A stretch of 60,138 nt of DNA, the filler included, from Leucoraja ocellata (taxonomy: Eukaryota): assembly GCA_036785375.1 (NCBI GenBank). It is 2 parts of 2 records of this genome, joined end to end, with 100 filler letters (N's around TTAATTAATTAA, not from the genome) between each part and the next. Parts side by side here need not be neighbours in the genome. Positions count along the whole stretch, not along the records: positions 1 to 30,883 come from JAWMAR010005384.1; 1 more part is not named here. One strand, written 5' to 3'. The notes below the pieces were generated by a model that ran no database searches, had not been told where the DNA came from, and worked only from the letters and a program-made list of their open reading frames with translations. Of the stretch, positions 1-13,605 are shown piece after piece (the stretch's first letter is position 1; each line of letters opens with the position of its first letter). The position numbers were made by a program, and so were the translations under genes.

Positions 1-904
1 ATCAAGAAGCGGATTGAGATAAATCGTAACAGGAAGTATTTAAAAGGTAGGCAGGGATGTCGGATGTAATATTGGAGAATTGGGGCCTAGTGTGGAACTG
101 GCACACAGCAAGAGTTGAGACCTGGGGTAGAATCGGCATCATCACACTGAATAGAGACAGTTTCAAATGCCAGTTGTGATCCTTCTGCTCATGTTATCTG
201 TAGCAGAGAGAGAGACAGAAGGAGGGGTGGCTTCCACCACTAAAAAATGTCGGGATTGAATGGCCCTTGTGCAACACAGAATGTGTGGAGGATCGCGATT
301 TTAGGGTCGCTGAAGGTCAGGGGATTCATTGGTGGAAATGATCCTGGACCTGTAACCAAAAATTCATTCAACTCTGGCTAAACCAATATATGGGCTTTCG
401 AGAGGCATTGGATATGTTCCCTCATGGTGGGCGAGTGGCCACTGTCAGCCTCACTTGGTGTATTGTGTGTAGGTTGACACACTCAAGGAAGATGTGTTTG
501 TGCTGGAGAGGGAATTGAGGATATTCATTGGGATGTTGCTTGTGTTGGTGGACTTTCGTTACAGGGAGAAAATGGGCTCAAAATCTCAATTTTCAGGTGC
601 ATATGTGCAAGAGGATCTCATGGACAAGTAGCTGGGTGTTTTCCACCAAGACAAATGTCCAAACTGAGGTCAATGCTAGTTTCCCTAATCAATCTAATTC
701 AAACAATGCCTCAGTATGATCGAGAGTTAATAACAGTGAACCTCTCGATTCCCACAGGGGGGCAATACTGAGTTACCAGAAACTTCAGTCACTGACAGAT
801 CAGGCCGAGTTAAAGGGCAGATTTCTTCCATGAAGATCGCCATAAATGTTGACAACAATCCCGATCAGCTCATTGATAACGGATTTCAATCCATATCAGA
901 TCGC

Positions 905-1495
905 AAAGTTATAACTGATGGAAGTGGAATTGGGCCATTCAGCCCATTAAGTCTACTTAATCATGGCTGATCTATCTCTCACTCCTAACCCAATGTTCCT
1001 GCCTTCTCGCCATAACCTCTGACTCCTGTGGTAATCGTGAATCTATCCATCGCTGCTTAAAAATATTCACTAACTTGTGCTCCACAGATGTATGTGCAAA
1101 TAATTCCACAGATTCACCACCCTCTGACTAAATACACGTCTCCTCATCTCCTTCCTCAAAGACCATCCTTTAATTCTGAGGCTGTGCCCTCTAGTCCTAG
1201 ACTCTCCCACTGGTGGAAGCATCCTCTCTCCATCCACACTATCCAATCCTTTCACTATTCTGTATGTTTCAATGAGATTACCCCTTATCCTTCTAAACTC
1301 CAGTGAGTTCAGGCCCAGTGCCGACAAACGCTCATCGTGGGTTAACCTGTTAATTCCAGGGATCATTCGTGTAAATCTCATCAAGCCCTTCTCCTGAGCC
1401 AACACATCCTTCCTCAGATATGGTGTCCAAAATTGCTCACAAAATTCCAAATGCGGCTTTACCAGCGCCTGATAGAGCCTCACCATTACCTCCCT
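905..1495 (-). mobile_element. CR1/HER1-like LINE 3' fragment
   Basis: ORF 1070-1645 contains LYQALVKPHLEFC, SLEFRRIRGNLIETYRIVKG, TRGHSLRI and FSQRVVNLWN (CR1 ORF2 C-terminus), followed by a CR1 3'UTR. Confidence 0.85.
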
Positions 1496-1983
1496 GGCTG
1501 CCGTCAATGCGAGTGTGTCTAACGGGATATTATTTTGAGAAGCAAGGAGGGAAGAATTATCTATATTACTAAAAGTGTGATCTTGACTGCTTTTGGCCCA
1601 CTGTGCTGCGATTTCCGAGAGAACGCCGCCACCTACGGCCGTCATTTTGGCCGCTTCGATCAGAGCCCACGTCTGCCTTCTTGGACAGGAGTATTTTTCC
1701 CATCGATGAAAATTCAGAGAGAAATTAATGTTTTTAAAAATTCACCATTCTCCCTGCTGCCCCTGCTGGAGGGAGGGGGAGGGACTATAAAACCAGGAAG
1801 TGGTGTGCCTCAATCAGTCTCTGCAATATGGAGGTCACTGAGCTCTGAATGATACTGAACAAATGTCTACACAAATGTGAAACCCTTAATGTGGTTTGAA
1901 AATGAAAATATGGTTAGCCTGAAGTAAAAAACATTGCCTGCAAATGGTTGTTTGGGGGATTTGGGTTGGAGTAAAAAGGCACT

Positions 1984-2385
1984 CTCTCTCTCTCTCTCTC
2001 GCTCTCGCTCCCCTTCTCTCTCTTTCCTTATCCCTCTCTCTTCTCTCTCTCCTCACCCCCGTCTCTCTCCCTTTCTCTCTCTCTCCCATACTCTCTCCCC
2101 TCCTCCCTCCCCATCTCTCTCTCCCCATCCCCCCTCTTCTCTCCCCTCCACCCTCCCCTGCCCCCCCCCCCCCCCTCTCGCCCCCCTCTCTCCCCCCTCT
2201 CCCTCCGTCTCTCCCCTCCCCCTCTCTCCTTATCCTTCTCTCTTTCTCTCTCTACCCCGTCTCTCTCCCTTTCCCTCTCTCTCCCCTCCTCTCTCCCCAC
2301 TTCTCTCCCCATTCCCCCGTCTCCTCTCCCCCTCTACCCCCCACCCCCCGCTCCCCCCCCCCCACACTCTCCCCCCCTCTCTCCT
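1984..2385. repeat. Polypyrimidine (CT/CCT-rich) low-complexity tract
   Basis: About 400 bp almost entirely C/T on the + strand. Confidence 0.9.
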
Positions 2386-3058
2386 GGGTTAATAGTGGAA
2401 ATTCCTGGGGTTCTGGTAGAACTACCTGCATCGGAGCACAGGTTGAATATGAGGTAATCACTGGGTTAGAGAGGATGGCAATTCCAGACATTAGAATAAT
2501 CATCCGTGAGCCGGATGAATCCCCCAGTCTGGGCTAGGAGCATCTTGCAATTCTCAGTATTGGGAAGGAAATCACGAGATTGTGGATCAGTGTTGGGGGC
2601 AATCCTTGATTGAGGTAGGCTGCAAATTCCTGGGATTGGGATAATCTAGGTATGTTACAAAATTTATGTTAAGCAGCGTTGCAGTTCTGCCACTAGCCGT
2701 GTGCGTGACCTTGGCGCCTTTTAGAGGGGAGCGGGATTAAAATGCAGTTTTCTCCTGCCTGTCGGAGTCTATCTTTCTCAGCCCGTTCAGCTGCTGCAGA
2801 AAAATCGCTCCGACATCTGTACTCTGAAGTTTTTTTTAAAAACGTCGATGGACAATTTAATGGCTGGAGTAAAATAAAAATCGACTTCTAACGCCGTCAA
2901 CGCTGACAACGGGACGGATCTCCCGTACGGGACAAATAAAGGTAAACCGTTTATTTTACATATAAGATTGCTTCTTAGGATTACTTTAATCCAAATTTTA
3001 TCTTGCAAAAAGGTGATTTAGGCCCCAGACGAACCGGCAGTGTTTTTCCTGCCATTAT

Positions 3059-4720
3059 CAAGTCAAGTCAAGTCAAGTCACATTTATTTATATAGCACAT
3101 TTAAATTAGAACTCTCGTTGGCCAAAGTGCTTTACATTTGTTATAAGAATAGTGTAAACAAACAAACTACATACATTTAAACATATAACCCTCGCTCAGT
3201 GGACGTCAGGAAAGACTTGCGAGTATAGATAAGATTTTAGTCTTGACTTAAAGGAGTCGACGGAGGGAGCAGTTCTGATGGGAAGGGTGATGCTGTTCCA
3301 CAGTCTAAGAGCTACAACCGCAAAGGCTCGGTCGCCCCTGAGCTTATGCCTAAACCGTGGGATATTAAGCAGCCCCAAGTCGGCCGATCTGAGGGACCTG
3401 GAGGTGGAGTGGTGGTGAGAAGATTTTTAATGTGGGAGGGGGCAAGCCCATTGAGGTCTTTGTAGACATAGAGGAGGGTCTTGAAATGTATACGGAACTG
3501 CACAGGGAGCCAGTGGAGAGAGGCCAGGATCGGGGTGATGTGGTCCCTTTTGCGGGTACCCGTCAGTAGTCTCGCTGCGGCGCTTTGGACCAGTTGCAGG
3601 CGGGACAGGGAAGATTGGCTGATGCCAGTGTAAAGAGAGTTGCAGTAATCTAGGCGGGAGGAGATAAATGTGTGGATGATCTTTTCCAGGTCATCAAAGT
3701 GGAGGAATTGTTTTATTTTAGCTATCGTCTGAAGCTGAAAGAAGCTAGCTTTTACCACGGCATTGACTTGTTTGTCAAATTTCAGTGCCGAGTCAAATAT
3801 CACGCCGAGGTTTTTGACGTGAGGTTTGAGTTGTGGGGTAAGGCTTCCAAGACTGCCTGCTATCATTTTGAATGAGCCCGAGGGGCCGAGATGGATGACC
3901 TCAGACTTACTCTCGTTTAGTTGGAGCAAGTTCTGGACTATCCAGCACTTTATATCCTCGAGGCAACGGGTAAGGTTAAGTAGATTTGATTGGTTTTTGG
4001 GCTTCATGAGTAGGTAGAGTTGTGGATCGTCTGCATAGCAATGGAAGGAAATGCCGTGCCTTTCAAAGACTTGGCCTAAGGAGAGCATATACAGGGAGAA
4101 GAGAATGGGTCCAAGGAAGGAACCTTGTGGAACCCCACAGCAGAGATTAGCTGGGGAGGAGAAAGAGTTGCCTATGTTAGTCGAGAAACTCCTACCTTTG
4201 AGGTAAGAGATGAACCGTCTCAGGGCAGCGCCATCAATACCAACCCAGTACCGGAGACGGTCAATTAGGATGGTGTGGTCGACAGTGTCAAATGCTGCGC
4301 TGAGGTCAAGAAGGAGCAGGATTGCAGTCGCCGGAGTCAACGGTGAGCAGTAGGTCATTATGTACCTTTAACAAGGTAGACTCTGTGCTGTGGTAAGCCT
4401 TGAAACCTGATTGGAAAGATTTCAGGATCGTGTTTTGGTGAAGGTAAGGCATACGTTGACTTAAAATTACCTTTTCAAGGGCTTGTGAGAGAAAGGGCAT
4501 TTTTGAAATGGGTCTGTAGTTGCTTGGCAAGGTGGGGTCGAGGTTAGGTTTTTTCAGGAGTGGCTGGACCACCGCATGCTTGAAGCAGGTAGGTACAGTG
4601 CCAGTGGCTGTTCAAGATGGCTCGGATGCTTGGACTGGCTGTTGTAATTACATCCTTTAGGAGGGCAGAGGGGACAGTGTCGAGGGGGCAGATAATAAGT
4701 TTCATGGTGGTGATCAGTTT
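3059..4720 (-). mobile_element. L2-clade LINE, 5'-truncated, frameshifted RT
   Basis: [48 protein letters not shown] and LHWLPV motifs across ORFs 4306-4572, 3312-4358 and 3196-3378; (TTGAC)n 3' tail at 3059-3080. Confidence 0.9.
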
Positions 4721-4759
4721 TACAAGGGAGGGTAGGGATTATAGGGTTTAAATTCACCG

Positions 4760-5990
4760 CAGACCGCAACGTTCCAAACGATCGCGTTCCACAAAATCCC
4801 ACTCGCAAGATGAGTTAAATGGTCATTAATTTACGGGAATTAAACACTAAATTCCTTCCATTTGGCCTATAAACCCATGACAATGAGATTTTAAAATTAT
4901 GTTATATTCTGAATTATTGTGTGAATGTTATTGGGACACTTAGGCTATTTAAAAATGTTAATCTATTCTTAAGAAATGGATAGATGTCTAGATCTAGTAA
5001 TTGCATTTTGTAATTAGCTACAATTAGGTAACTAACTAATTATATGCTTTAATTTCAAGTCATCTAAGTAAGATTGTTTCATATTTGTTTCAGAATGATT
5101 CAATCTATAATAACTGAAAATGTATTTCAGTTTTATTAAATTTTTTAAAAGTTGTCAGCTTTTAAATGTTCTCGATCACAGTTTTTGTGTGAAGTCAATG
5201 AAAAAGCAATAGGGAACAAGATGCCGATTTCCGAGTATGAAAATGGCCGTAACTTTTTTAATACTGAAGATATGAAAGTGAATTAGGTGTCAAATTAAAC
5301 TTATTTTTATGCTTTATCTGATGGGATAAATTACAGACTTGATTTTTAAAATCTCAAAAGTTTGTAACATTGCTCTATGAAGATGTACTGGAAACCAAGA
5401 GGGCTGAAAGATTAGAGGAGGTGGCGTCACTGACAACATTAATGTTTCCTTTTAATCCAATCTGACGACCACAGGTTAGGTGCATACATCGCAAACAGTT
5501 TTGCTGGTTTTACATTTCATTCTGGCAGTGAATGCCAAATGCAAAATGAAAACAAAACTCCATAATCCCCCACCCCCAGTTCCTTTCCCCTCCTCCAACC
5601 ACTCATCTCCCACCCTTCCCAATTCCAAAGCACAAATCTACCGCAATGTGAACGTTCTAACCAGCGCGTTCACAGGATCCCACTAAAAAGCTGATTTAAA
5701 TGGATTTTACTAAATTCCTTCCATGTGGCCTATAAATTAATGTACATGAGATTTAAAATTCATGTTTTATTGTGAATTATTTATGAATATTATTTGGACA
5801 CTTAGGCTATTTAAAAATGTTAATCATTTATTAAGAAATGGATAGATGTTTAGATCTAGTAATTGAAGTTTGAAATTATCTACAATTGGGTAACTAACTA
5901 GTTATATGCTTTAATTTCAGGTCATCCAAGTAAAATTATGTTATATTTGTTTCAGAATGCTTCATTCTATGATAACTGAAAATTTCATTC
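4760..5990. repeat. Two diverged copies (about 4760-5130 and 5640-5990) of an AT-rich interspersed repeat
   Basis: Shared blocks such as GGACACTTAGGCTATTTAAAAATGTTAATC and AAGAAATGGATAGATGT.TAGATCTAGTAATTG in direct orientation. Confidence 0.75.
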
Positions 5991-6990
5991 CTCCTGTAGC
6001 CGCGCCCACCCAGGGCGCTCCCTCCCCATGTAGCCCCGCCCACCCCGGGCGCCCCCCTCCTCCTGTAGCCCCGCCCACCCTGGGCTATCCCTCCCTCCCT
6101 CCTCCTGTAGCCCCGCCCACCCAGGGAGCCCCCTCCCCATGTAGCCCCGCCCACCCCGAGCGCTCCCTCCCCCATGTAGCCCCGCCCACCCCGGGCGCTC
6201 CCTCCCTCCTCCTGTAGCCCCGCCCACCGCGGGCTCTCCCTCCTCATGTAGCCCCGCCCACCCCGGTATCTCCCTCCCCCTGTAGCCCCGCCCACCGCAG
6301 GCGCTCCCTCCTCCTGTAGCCCCACCCACCACGGGCGCACCCCCCCCCCTGTAGCTCCGCCCGCACCGGGCGCGCCCTCCCCCTGTAGCCCCGCCCAAAC
6401 CGGGCGCTTCCACCCCCTGTAGCCCCGCCCACCCCGTGCGCTCCCTCACCATGTAGCCCCGCCCAACCCGGGTGCTCTCTGCCCCTGTAGCCCGCCCACG
6501 CCGGGTGCCCCCTCCCATGTAGCCCCGCCCACCCCGTGTTCTCCCTCCCCCTGTAGCCCCGCCCGCCCCGGGCGCATCTCCCCCATGTAGCCCCGCAGAC
6601 CCGGGCGCTCCCTCCCCCTGTAACCCCGCCCACCTCGGGCGCTCCCTCCCCCTGTAGCCCCGCCCGCCCCGGGCGCATCTCCCCCATGTAGCCCCGCCCA
6701 CTCCTGGCGCTCCCTCCACTGTAGCCTCGCCCACCTCGGGCGCTCCCTCCAAATGTAGCCCCGCCCACCGGGCGCTCCCTCCCCTGTAGCCACGCCCACA
6801 CCGGGCGCTCCCTCCCCCTGTAGCCCCGCCCACCCTGGGCGCTCTCTCCCCTGTAGCCCCACACACCCCGGGCGCTCCCTCCCCCTGTAGCCCCTCCCAC
6901 CCCGGGTGCTCCCTCCCCATGTAGCCCCGCCCACCCCGGTAGCTCCCTCCCCCTCTCCCCTTGTAATCCCACACACCCACCCCGGGCGCT
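5990..6990. repeat. GC-rich minisatellite, about 35-bp unit (CCCCTGTAGCCCCGCCCACCCCGGGCGCTCCCT), roughly 25-30 copies
   Basis: Tandem periodicity read directly; explains the overlapping Gly/Arg/Pro-rich ORFs. Confidence 0.95.
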
Positions 6991-7425
6991 CCCGCCTTCC
7001 CTATTCTCTGTGAATATGTTATGTGAAACGTTGCTTGACGAGTTCAAAAAGGTTTTAATCTAGAACTCATCAGGCATTTAGCATGAAGAGCGAGGGGAGG
7101 GGGAGGGGAGGGTAGTGGAGGGGAGGTGTCGCACGGCCTTGGTTCCTTCCTTCTCCCCCCCCCCCCCCCCCCCATGGTCTAGCTGGGTTTTCTCCGGTTT
7201 CTCCGGTTTACTCCCACACCCCAAAGTTGTCAGGAGCTGAGTTCCGCCAGTCATGGAGGATAAGTGTACACAATCTCTTTGCCGTGTACAAAAGATGGTG
7301 GTAATAGTGAGGTGAGACTTCCACTGCTGAATCACTATCGCTGAATTAATACATGTACTCATTCCAGATTCTTTAAATCCTCCTGCAGTCTGTACAGTAA
7401 TATCAATCGGCTAATTGTGCTACAG

Positions 7426-7504
7426 ATTCCCGCCCCTCCAATGGTTGTACTACTGATCGAAGAGGAGGATTTACCAGGAGCCCTGCTGCAGTTATGTTGC
7501 ATAG
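7426..7504 (+). CDS. Putative exon A of an unidentified gene: IPAPPMVVLLIEEEDLPGALLQLCCI
   Basis: ctaat branch-like motif + tacag acceptor (weak pyrimidine tract), AG|gtaggt donor, 79 bp, phase 0 to 1. Open when spliced to exon B. Confidence 0.5.
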
Positions 7505-8365
7505 GTAGGTTCAGAATTGCCATGTGATTATGTATCCCATATAAATTACATCATTAAAAATCTGGTTATACATGGTTTAAAATTAATTTGCACAAGTTGT
7601 CTTTGAAAGCGAATCAGATGGTCGAGACACTTGCACACTTTTGCCAACGTTACTGATTTGAATGTTGCCAAATCAACCTCAAAGTTGCTGATGTTAAGCT
7701 AAAGTCGACTGATTAAAAGAAAGGAATAGAACAAAGAAAATTATGACCCCGTGGCTAACAATGTCTGTGCCGAACATGATGCCAAGATAAACTAATCTCC
7801 TGCCTGCACGTGATCCATGCCCCTCCATTCCCTGCATATCCAGGTGCCAATCGAAGGATATCGAAGAATGCCATAGAACTAGCAAAGAAAATCATAAATA
7901 ACTAATTGTTGAGTTCAGCATCTTAAATTGTTTTACTCACTCCCCTAACCAGCAGGGAACAACTTGCATTTCAGTCGTTTAGTCTTGGCCTTGATGCTTC
8001 CTGTAGCACCAAATGATAATTACACTTCTATAACAGCAGCATGATTCTCAATTTCACTGCCTACTAAGTTGGGCAGCAGTTTTGAGTGACGCTAAATATC
8101 TAGGCTTTGGGTTAATTCCAGAGGATCGTCGAATGAAATTCAACTGTTGCAGCTCTACTTCGACACACATTGTTTTTAAAATATTTACCCTCTCCTCTGG
8201 TTATCTCCTCTTTACACTCTCAGTCCTGGTGCAGGTTCTCGACAAGATACATGGATTATTCCCTTGTTTCCACAGTACTTGGAAATACCCGCTGAGTTTA
8301 TCCAGTAATGTTGCAGTATAATAATGCTATTGTCAATGATACCCGGAATTCTTTTCTCTCCACAG

Positions 8366-8436
8366 TCAAGTATGGACAGATTGCCTCTATAAACAACATT
8401 GGCAGGAAATTCGACACTCGTGCCCTGATGTCCAAG
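8366..8436 (+). CDS. Putative exon B of an unidentified gene: VKYGQIASINNIGRKFDTRALMSK
   Basis: Strong ttcttttctctccacag acceptor, AAG|gtaaaa donor, 71 bp, phase 1 to 0, unique non-repeat sequence. Confidence 0.6.
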
Positions 8437-10154
8437 GTAAAATAGGGGAAAACTTATTATTGGAATTAGCTTTTATTTCAATGTATTACAGGAGTACAAT
8501 TTACTGTGCCGTTGTGTTGGTTACTGCACTGGAGCTATCACTTCATATTCACTTTGCCCCTCATTGTTTAACCTCCCCACCATCTTTCAAATGAAAGAAA
8601 AACATTGTGGACGTTCCCCCAAACAATAGGAGAGATTAGACAGCAGATGGTGTAATGTCAATGATAATGAAGGGATGTTGCTCATTTAGTGGAGATTACA
8701 GACTTTGTTTGTCTGAAAGTTTTTGCTTGTATTGGTCATTGTTCAAATTCTTGATCACTTTTAACAGAAATTTTCAACAACCAGCTTTTAATATTCATAA
8801 ATTTGGGGACAAATGGATTAATTTAGCAATAATTTGTGAATCTTGTCCTCTCCATGACAAAGGTTGCATAGCACTAGTGTAAGGAAATTGCCTCTAAATT
8901 ACCTACGTGTTATCTCGTTGATAGCTTTGTAAAAGTTGTTTTACTCTCACTAAATGGAAAAGTATATTATGTCTCTTCTGTTGACCAAAATCCTTCCCTG
9001 AATATTTTCGTCTTTTCCTGAAGTAAAATTTCACGTTTTTCTACCGATACCTAATCATTTTGAGAACTCTTCTAGTGTATCCATATTTTTTTTAACACAA
9101 CACTGTGTTTTTGAAATGTTGGTTTTGTCCCACTATAAATATGTTCAATTTGTTTTTGCTTGGACCTTTTAATCCATTTCATGATCTTTTGTATATTTGT
9201 AAATTCATTTTTTCCTTTTAGATTCTTAGATAGCTAGCCTAGGATTTTGCCACATCAGAAAAACAAGTGTTGCAAAGTTGAAAATAGTATTAATGTGACA
9301 TCATGTAATTTTGCACACATTTTTTGGTGTATTATTTTAGTGAGTGATTTGTTAACTTAACATCCAGCTCAGAAAAATAATGGCAAAGACCAAATTCATC
9401 TCCAGGGAGATTTTCAATGACGTTGGTCTAAATGACGACTGCCATTGATCACGGAGAAGAACCAGCTTTTATTAATCAAGCTGAAACTGAATATCGTTAA
9501 ACAGCAAATGTATATTCTTGTAGTCTGATTGTTGCATGCTGTAAGCATGTTTATAGAACAGTACAGCACAAGAACAGACCCTTTGGACCACAGTGTCTGT
9601 GTTGAACATGATGCCAAGACCATGTCTTGCTCACCTGTGTATTTAATCCATATCCTTACATTCCTTGCACATTCATGTGCCTATCAAAAAGCCTCTTAAA
9701 TGCCACTATTGTTTCTATCTCATCCCCAACCTTGGCAGTGCATTTTAGGCACTCAACCTGTGCAAACAATTAAATAAAAATAGATCTATAAAGATTGTCC
9801 TCCACATCGCATTCGAACTTTGCAGCCCACACCTTAAAGCTATGCCCTCTAGTATTTGATTTTTCCATTCTGCAGATTAAAAAGATTCTGATTGTATCTG
9901 ATCTATGCCACCCATTTTATATATTTCTATCGGGTCTCGGTGAAACCTCTGACGTTCGAGCGAAAACAATCTTAATTCTGACTAACCTCTCCTTGTAGCT
10001 AATACCCCCTAACCCAGCCAAACTTAACAATTCCAGCCATTTGCAATCACAAATATCTTATAGTGCCTATGGATCTTACACTCCTAATCATAGTTGTCAA
10101 GAAGTTAGTCCTCAAGACAACATAGGTTAGTATTTATTTCTGAAGAGGTGGAAA

Positions 10155-10410
10155 TGAGAAAATCATTTTTTACACAGAGAGTGGTGAATCTGTGGAATTC
10201 TCTGCCACAGAAGGTAGTTGAAGCCAGTTCATTGGCTATATTTAAGAGGGAGTAGGATGTGGCCCTTGTGGCTAAAGGGATCAGGGGATATGGAGTGAAG
10301 GCAGGGATGGGATATTGAGTTGGATGATCAGCCATGATCATGTTGAATGGCGTTGCCTGCTCGAAGGGCTGAATGGCCTACTCCTGTACCTATTTTCTAT
10401 GTTTCTAATT
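10155..10410 (+). mobile_element. CR1/HER1-like LINE 3' end
   Basis: TTTACACAGAGAGTGGTGAATCTGTGGAATTC ... GAATGGCCTACTCCTG ... TTCTATGTTTCTA tail. Confidence 0.85.
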
Positions 10411-10445
10411 AAAATTTCAAAGTTACTGAGTTTTGATTCTGCTTC

Positions 10446-10962
10446 ATATAACCATATAACCATATAACCATATAACAATTACAGCACGGAAACAGGCCAT
10501 CTCGGCCCTACAAGTCCGTGCCGAACAATTTTTTCCCCCTTAGTCCCACCTGCCTGCACTCATACCATAACCCTCCATTCCCTTCTCATCCATATGCCTA
10601 TCCAATTTATTTTTAAATGATACCAATGAACCTGCCTCCACCACTTCCACTGGAAGCTCGTTCCACACCGCTACCACTCTCTGAGTAAAGAAGTTCCCCC
10701 TCATATTACCCCTAAACTTCTGTCCCTTAATTCTGAAGTCATGTCCTCTTGTTTGAATCTTCCCTATTCTCAAAGGGAAAAGCTTGTCCACATCAACTCT
10801 GTCTATCCCTCTCATCATTTTAAAGACCTCAATCAGGTCCCCTCTTAACCTTCTGCGCTCCAGAGAATAAAGACCTAACTTATTCAACCTATCAGAATGA
10901 AGACCTAACTTATTCAACCTATCACCTAACTTATTCAACCTATCACCTAACTTATTCAACCT
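10446..10962 (-). mobile_element. CR1 LINE 3' fragment (second family, (GGTTATAT)n tail) with 21-bp tandem duplications at its 5' junction
   Basis: ORF 10540-11037 contains LYSLERRRLRGDLIEVFK and FFTQRVVAVWNELP; ACCTAACTTATTCAACCTAT occurs four times at 10873-10963. Confidence 0.88.
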
Positions 10963-11507
10963 ATATGTGGCAAGAAGTGTGTTTTTACATGGAGGCATTG
11001 GAGAGGATACAAACATGATCAACAGGTGTGGTACCAAAATTAGGAATTACTACTCAATTTTGAACAATGAGTTAATTTGGCTGGGAACAACAGGAACTTA
11101 ACAAGATACTTGGGTTCTCCATTTCACCAACTACCAAACCCTTACAGACAACCATGGCTTATTCCAGACCGAACAATATGTCACTTTAACCACTTCTTTG
11201 CTGTGGCGAGCCAGAAAGGGCTGAGGCCCTCATTTAGGGTCCCAGTGTAGTAGTGGAGAGGGCAGTGACCCATGCTAAGTTCCTTACACAGCAGTGTCAT
11301 CACTGACATATCTAAACAATAAAGCAATGATGATCTATTTTATCATAATTCCACTCCATTATTCCATTCCTGGACACATCCTGAGCAGTAAACAAAATGC
11401 TGCGTAGCATCAATCCTTTTACTTAGGTCCATTCACTTTGTTTGATTCTGTGTGGCACTTTAATGAAGGCCTTCGAAACATCTCTTCTTCTGATGTATCT
11501 TTTGCAG

Positions 11508-11567
11508 GTTAAGAGTCGTGTAGACGAGGCGGCCATTTCACCAAACATTTTCGCTTGTTTCGCTAAG
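11508..11567 (+). CDS. Putative exon C of an unidentified gene: VKSRVDEAAISPNIFACFAK
   Basis: tcttttgcag acceptor, AAG|gtctgc donor, 60 bp, phase 0-0, CpG-retaining island within AT-rich intron-like DNA. Confidence 0.5.
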
Positions 11568-13605
11568 GTCTGCATCTGTTTTTGTGCCCCCCCCCCCCCC
11601 CCCCCCCAGATGCACTCTAATTTCTCCCACCATCTAATTCCTCCCACCTTCTTTAACCCTCTCCGTCCTATCTATATAGAGACATAGAACATATGTGCAT
11701 GATTCAGCCCATGCAGCCTGTAAATCCTGGACCATGGTAGCATATATTATTCACCATGCACACTACAGATTGATGCAAGCATGTTTTCTGTGAAGGACTG
11801 AAAGTTATCATGACATGGCCATAGCATGGGTCGTTATTGGTACATAAACTCTCTTGCTTCCCACATAATTTATCCACAACAAAATATACAGGTTGCAAGG
11901 AAATTTCTAAAGGCATGTTATGATAATAGCTGTTAAAACCGACGATACCCATCTGACAGGTTAAACATTACACTAAATGACAAGAACTGTCTGTGCAATT
12001 TTCAATTTCAGAGGGCGGTGGAGGCCGGTTCTCTGGATACTTTCAAGAGAGAGCTAGATAGGGTTTTAAAGATAGCGTAGTCAGGGGATATGGGGGGAAG
12101 GCAGGAACGGGGTACTGATTGGGGATGATCAGCGATGATCACATTGAATGGCGGTGCTGGCTCGAAGGGCCGAATGGCCTACTCCTGTACCTGTTGTCTA
12201 TTGTCTATAAGAGATGGCCAAATGACATATCTGCAGCAGATGTTCTTTTGGCAATATGTTTAAAGGTGTCAAAAAGCCACATTACCGGACATTCAGATTA
12301 GATGTATGTGTTGTGAACAGCAATGAAGATACCAAGTTTGTATTTAAAAATATATATATTGATAAGTGCTGTTTCCATCATTCCCACTTTAGGTGGCCAT
12401 TGGCAATTGGGCAATCGTTAATTTTGAGCCCTGCTGTATGTTTTATCTTTGATGTGCTAGTTGTAAATGTGCGCTGCATCTGCTAAATTATTTAGTTTTT
12501 ATGTACCCTACTACCATATCTTTAATTAAGTCCACAGTCTAGCATTTCCCGAATGCTGATGCCAGCCTAACTGACCTGCAGTTCCTCATTTTCTATCTCC
12601 CTCTCTCCAGAAAAAGTGAGGCATCATTTGCTCTCTTCCAATTTGTGTGAACCATTCTGCAACCTACGGAATTTTGGAAGATGATGAACAGTGCGCCTGC
12701 CTGAAAAGCTATGGACCAAGTTCTGGAATTTGGGCAGCTATTTTCCAGCCGGCACTGACTCCATCTTCTATGTCATCAACTCTACGTTTCCGTGAAACTG
12801 GCAAGATGTCTGATTGACACAACACAGTGGACGTCTGGAGCGATCTCCCCAAAAGGCTTTTTGGATGCTGTGGGCCAGTTGGTACTTTCACTGCCATGTT
12901 CGATAGGAATTTTGGTGGGAGGGTTAATGAGGGATTTGGAGCAAATGTGCGTAAATTAATCTGAGCACAGGCCTTCCCTGACTAACAAATGGATTCCATT
13001 TGTACAGATGTTAATTTTTGTACATGTCAGAAAATAGACAAAAATCAGTCTGTGTTTACCATTTTGTAATGAATGGCATTAAAAAAAACACATCATGCTG
13101 ATAAGAAGGATCAACGTTAAAAGAGACAAAACTAGTTCTAACGTTCCTAGAAATGAACGTATGTATGTAGATCGGACTTTTGAATTTAATATTGGAGCTT
13201 TTCTGCATGTATGGATTTCTCGTAAGTAGAGCATTTGTTACTCTGGGATGGCCTGGGTACTATGTCATGGTCTAATTGAATGTCAAGAAAAATATTGGAG
13301 GAACTGAATTGATTATGCTTTTAGCTTTGAAGAGGGATGTTGTGCAGATCATCTAATTGAGGTATAGAAAAGTATTTATGGCACGGAATATAATGTTATA
13401 TTCAGGAGGGAGGGAGGGACGGAATGCTGAGCACAACAGATTTGCCATATGCTTGTTTAGTTTCTGTAATGAAGAATGAATTGTAATCTGGCTAGCAAAG
13501 TCATTAATGGATTGTCTCACGATTCCCAGGCATACTTTACACACGCCTGGCTATTTCACGTAATAGATCAAAAGTATTGCCTTTGATTCTTTTTCACTAA
13601 ATCAG

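Noticed and set aside
1886-2537. Ser/Leu/Pro and Glu/Arg-rich ORFs
   Set aside because: Polypyrimidine low-complexity tract.
5936-7047. Gly/Arg-rich ORFs
   Set aside because: Translations of the 35-bp minisatellite; no splice or domain evidence.
8366-8436. 71-bp phase 1-to-0 exon as POLB exon 10
   Set aside because: Size and phase fit, but the translation lacks the SGDMD catalytic motif entirely.
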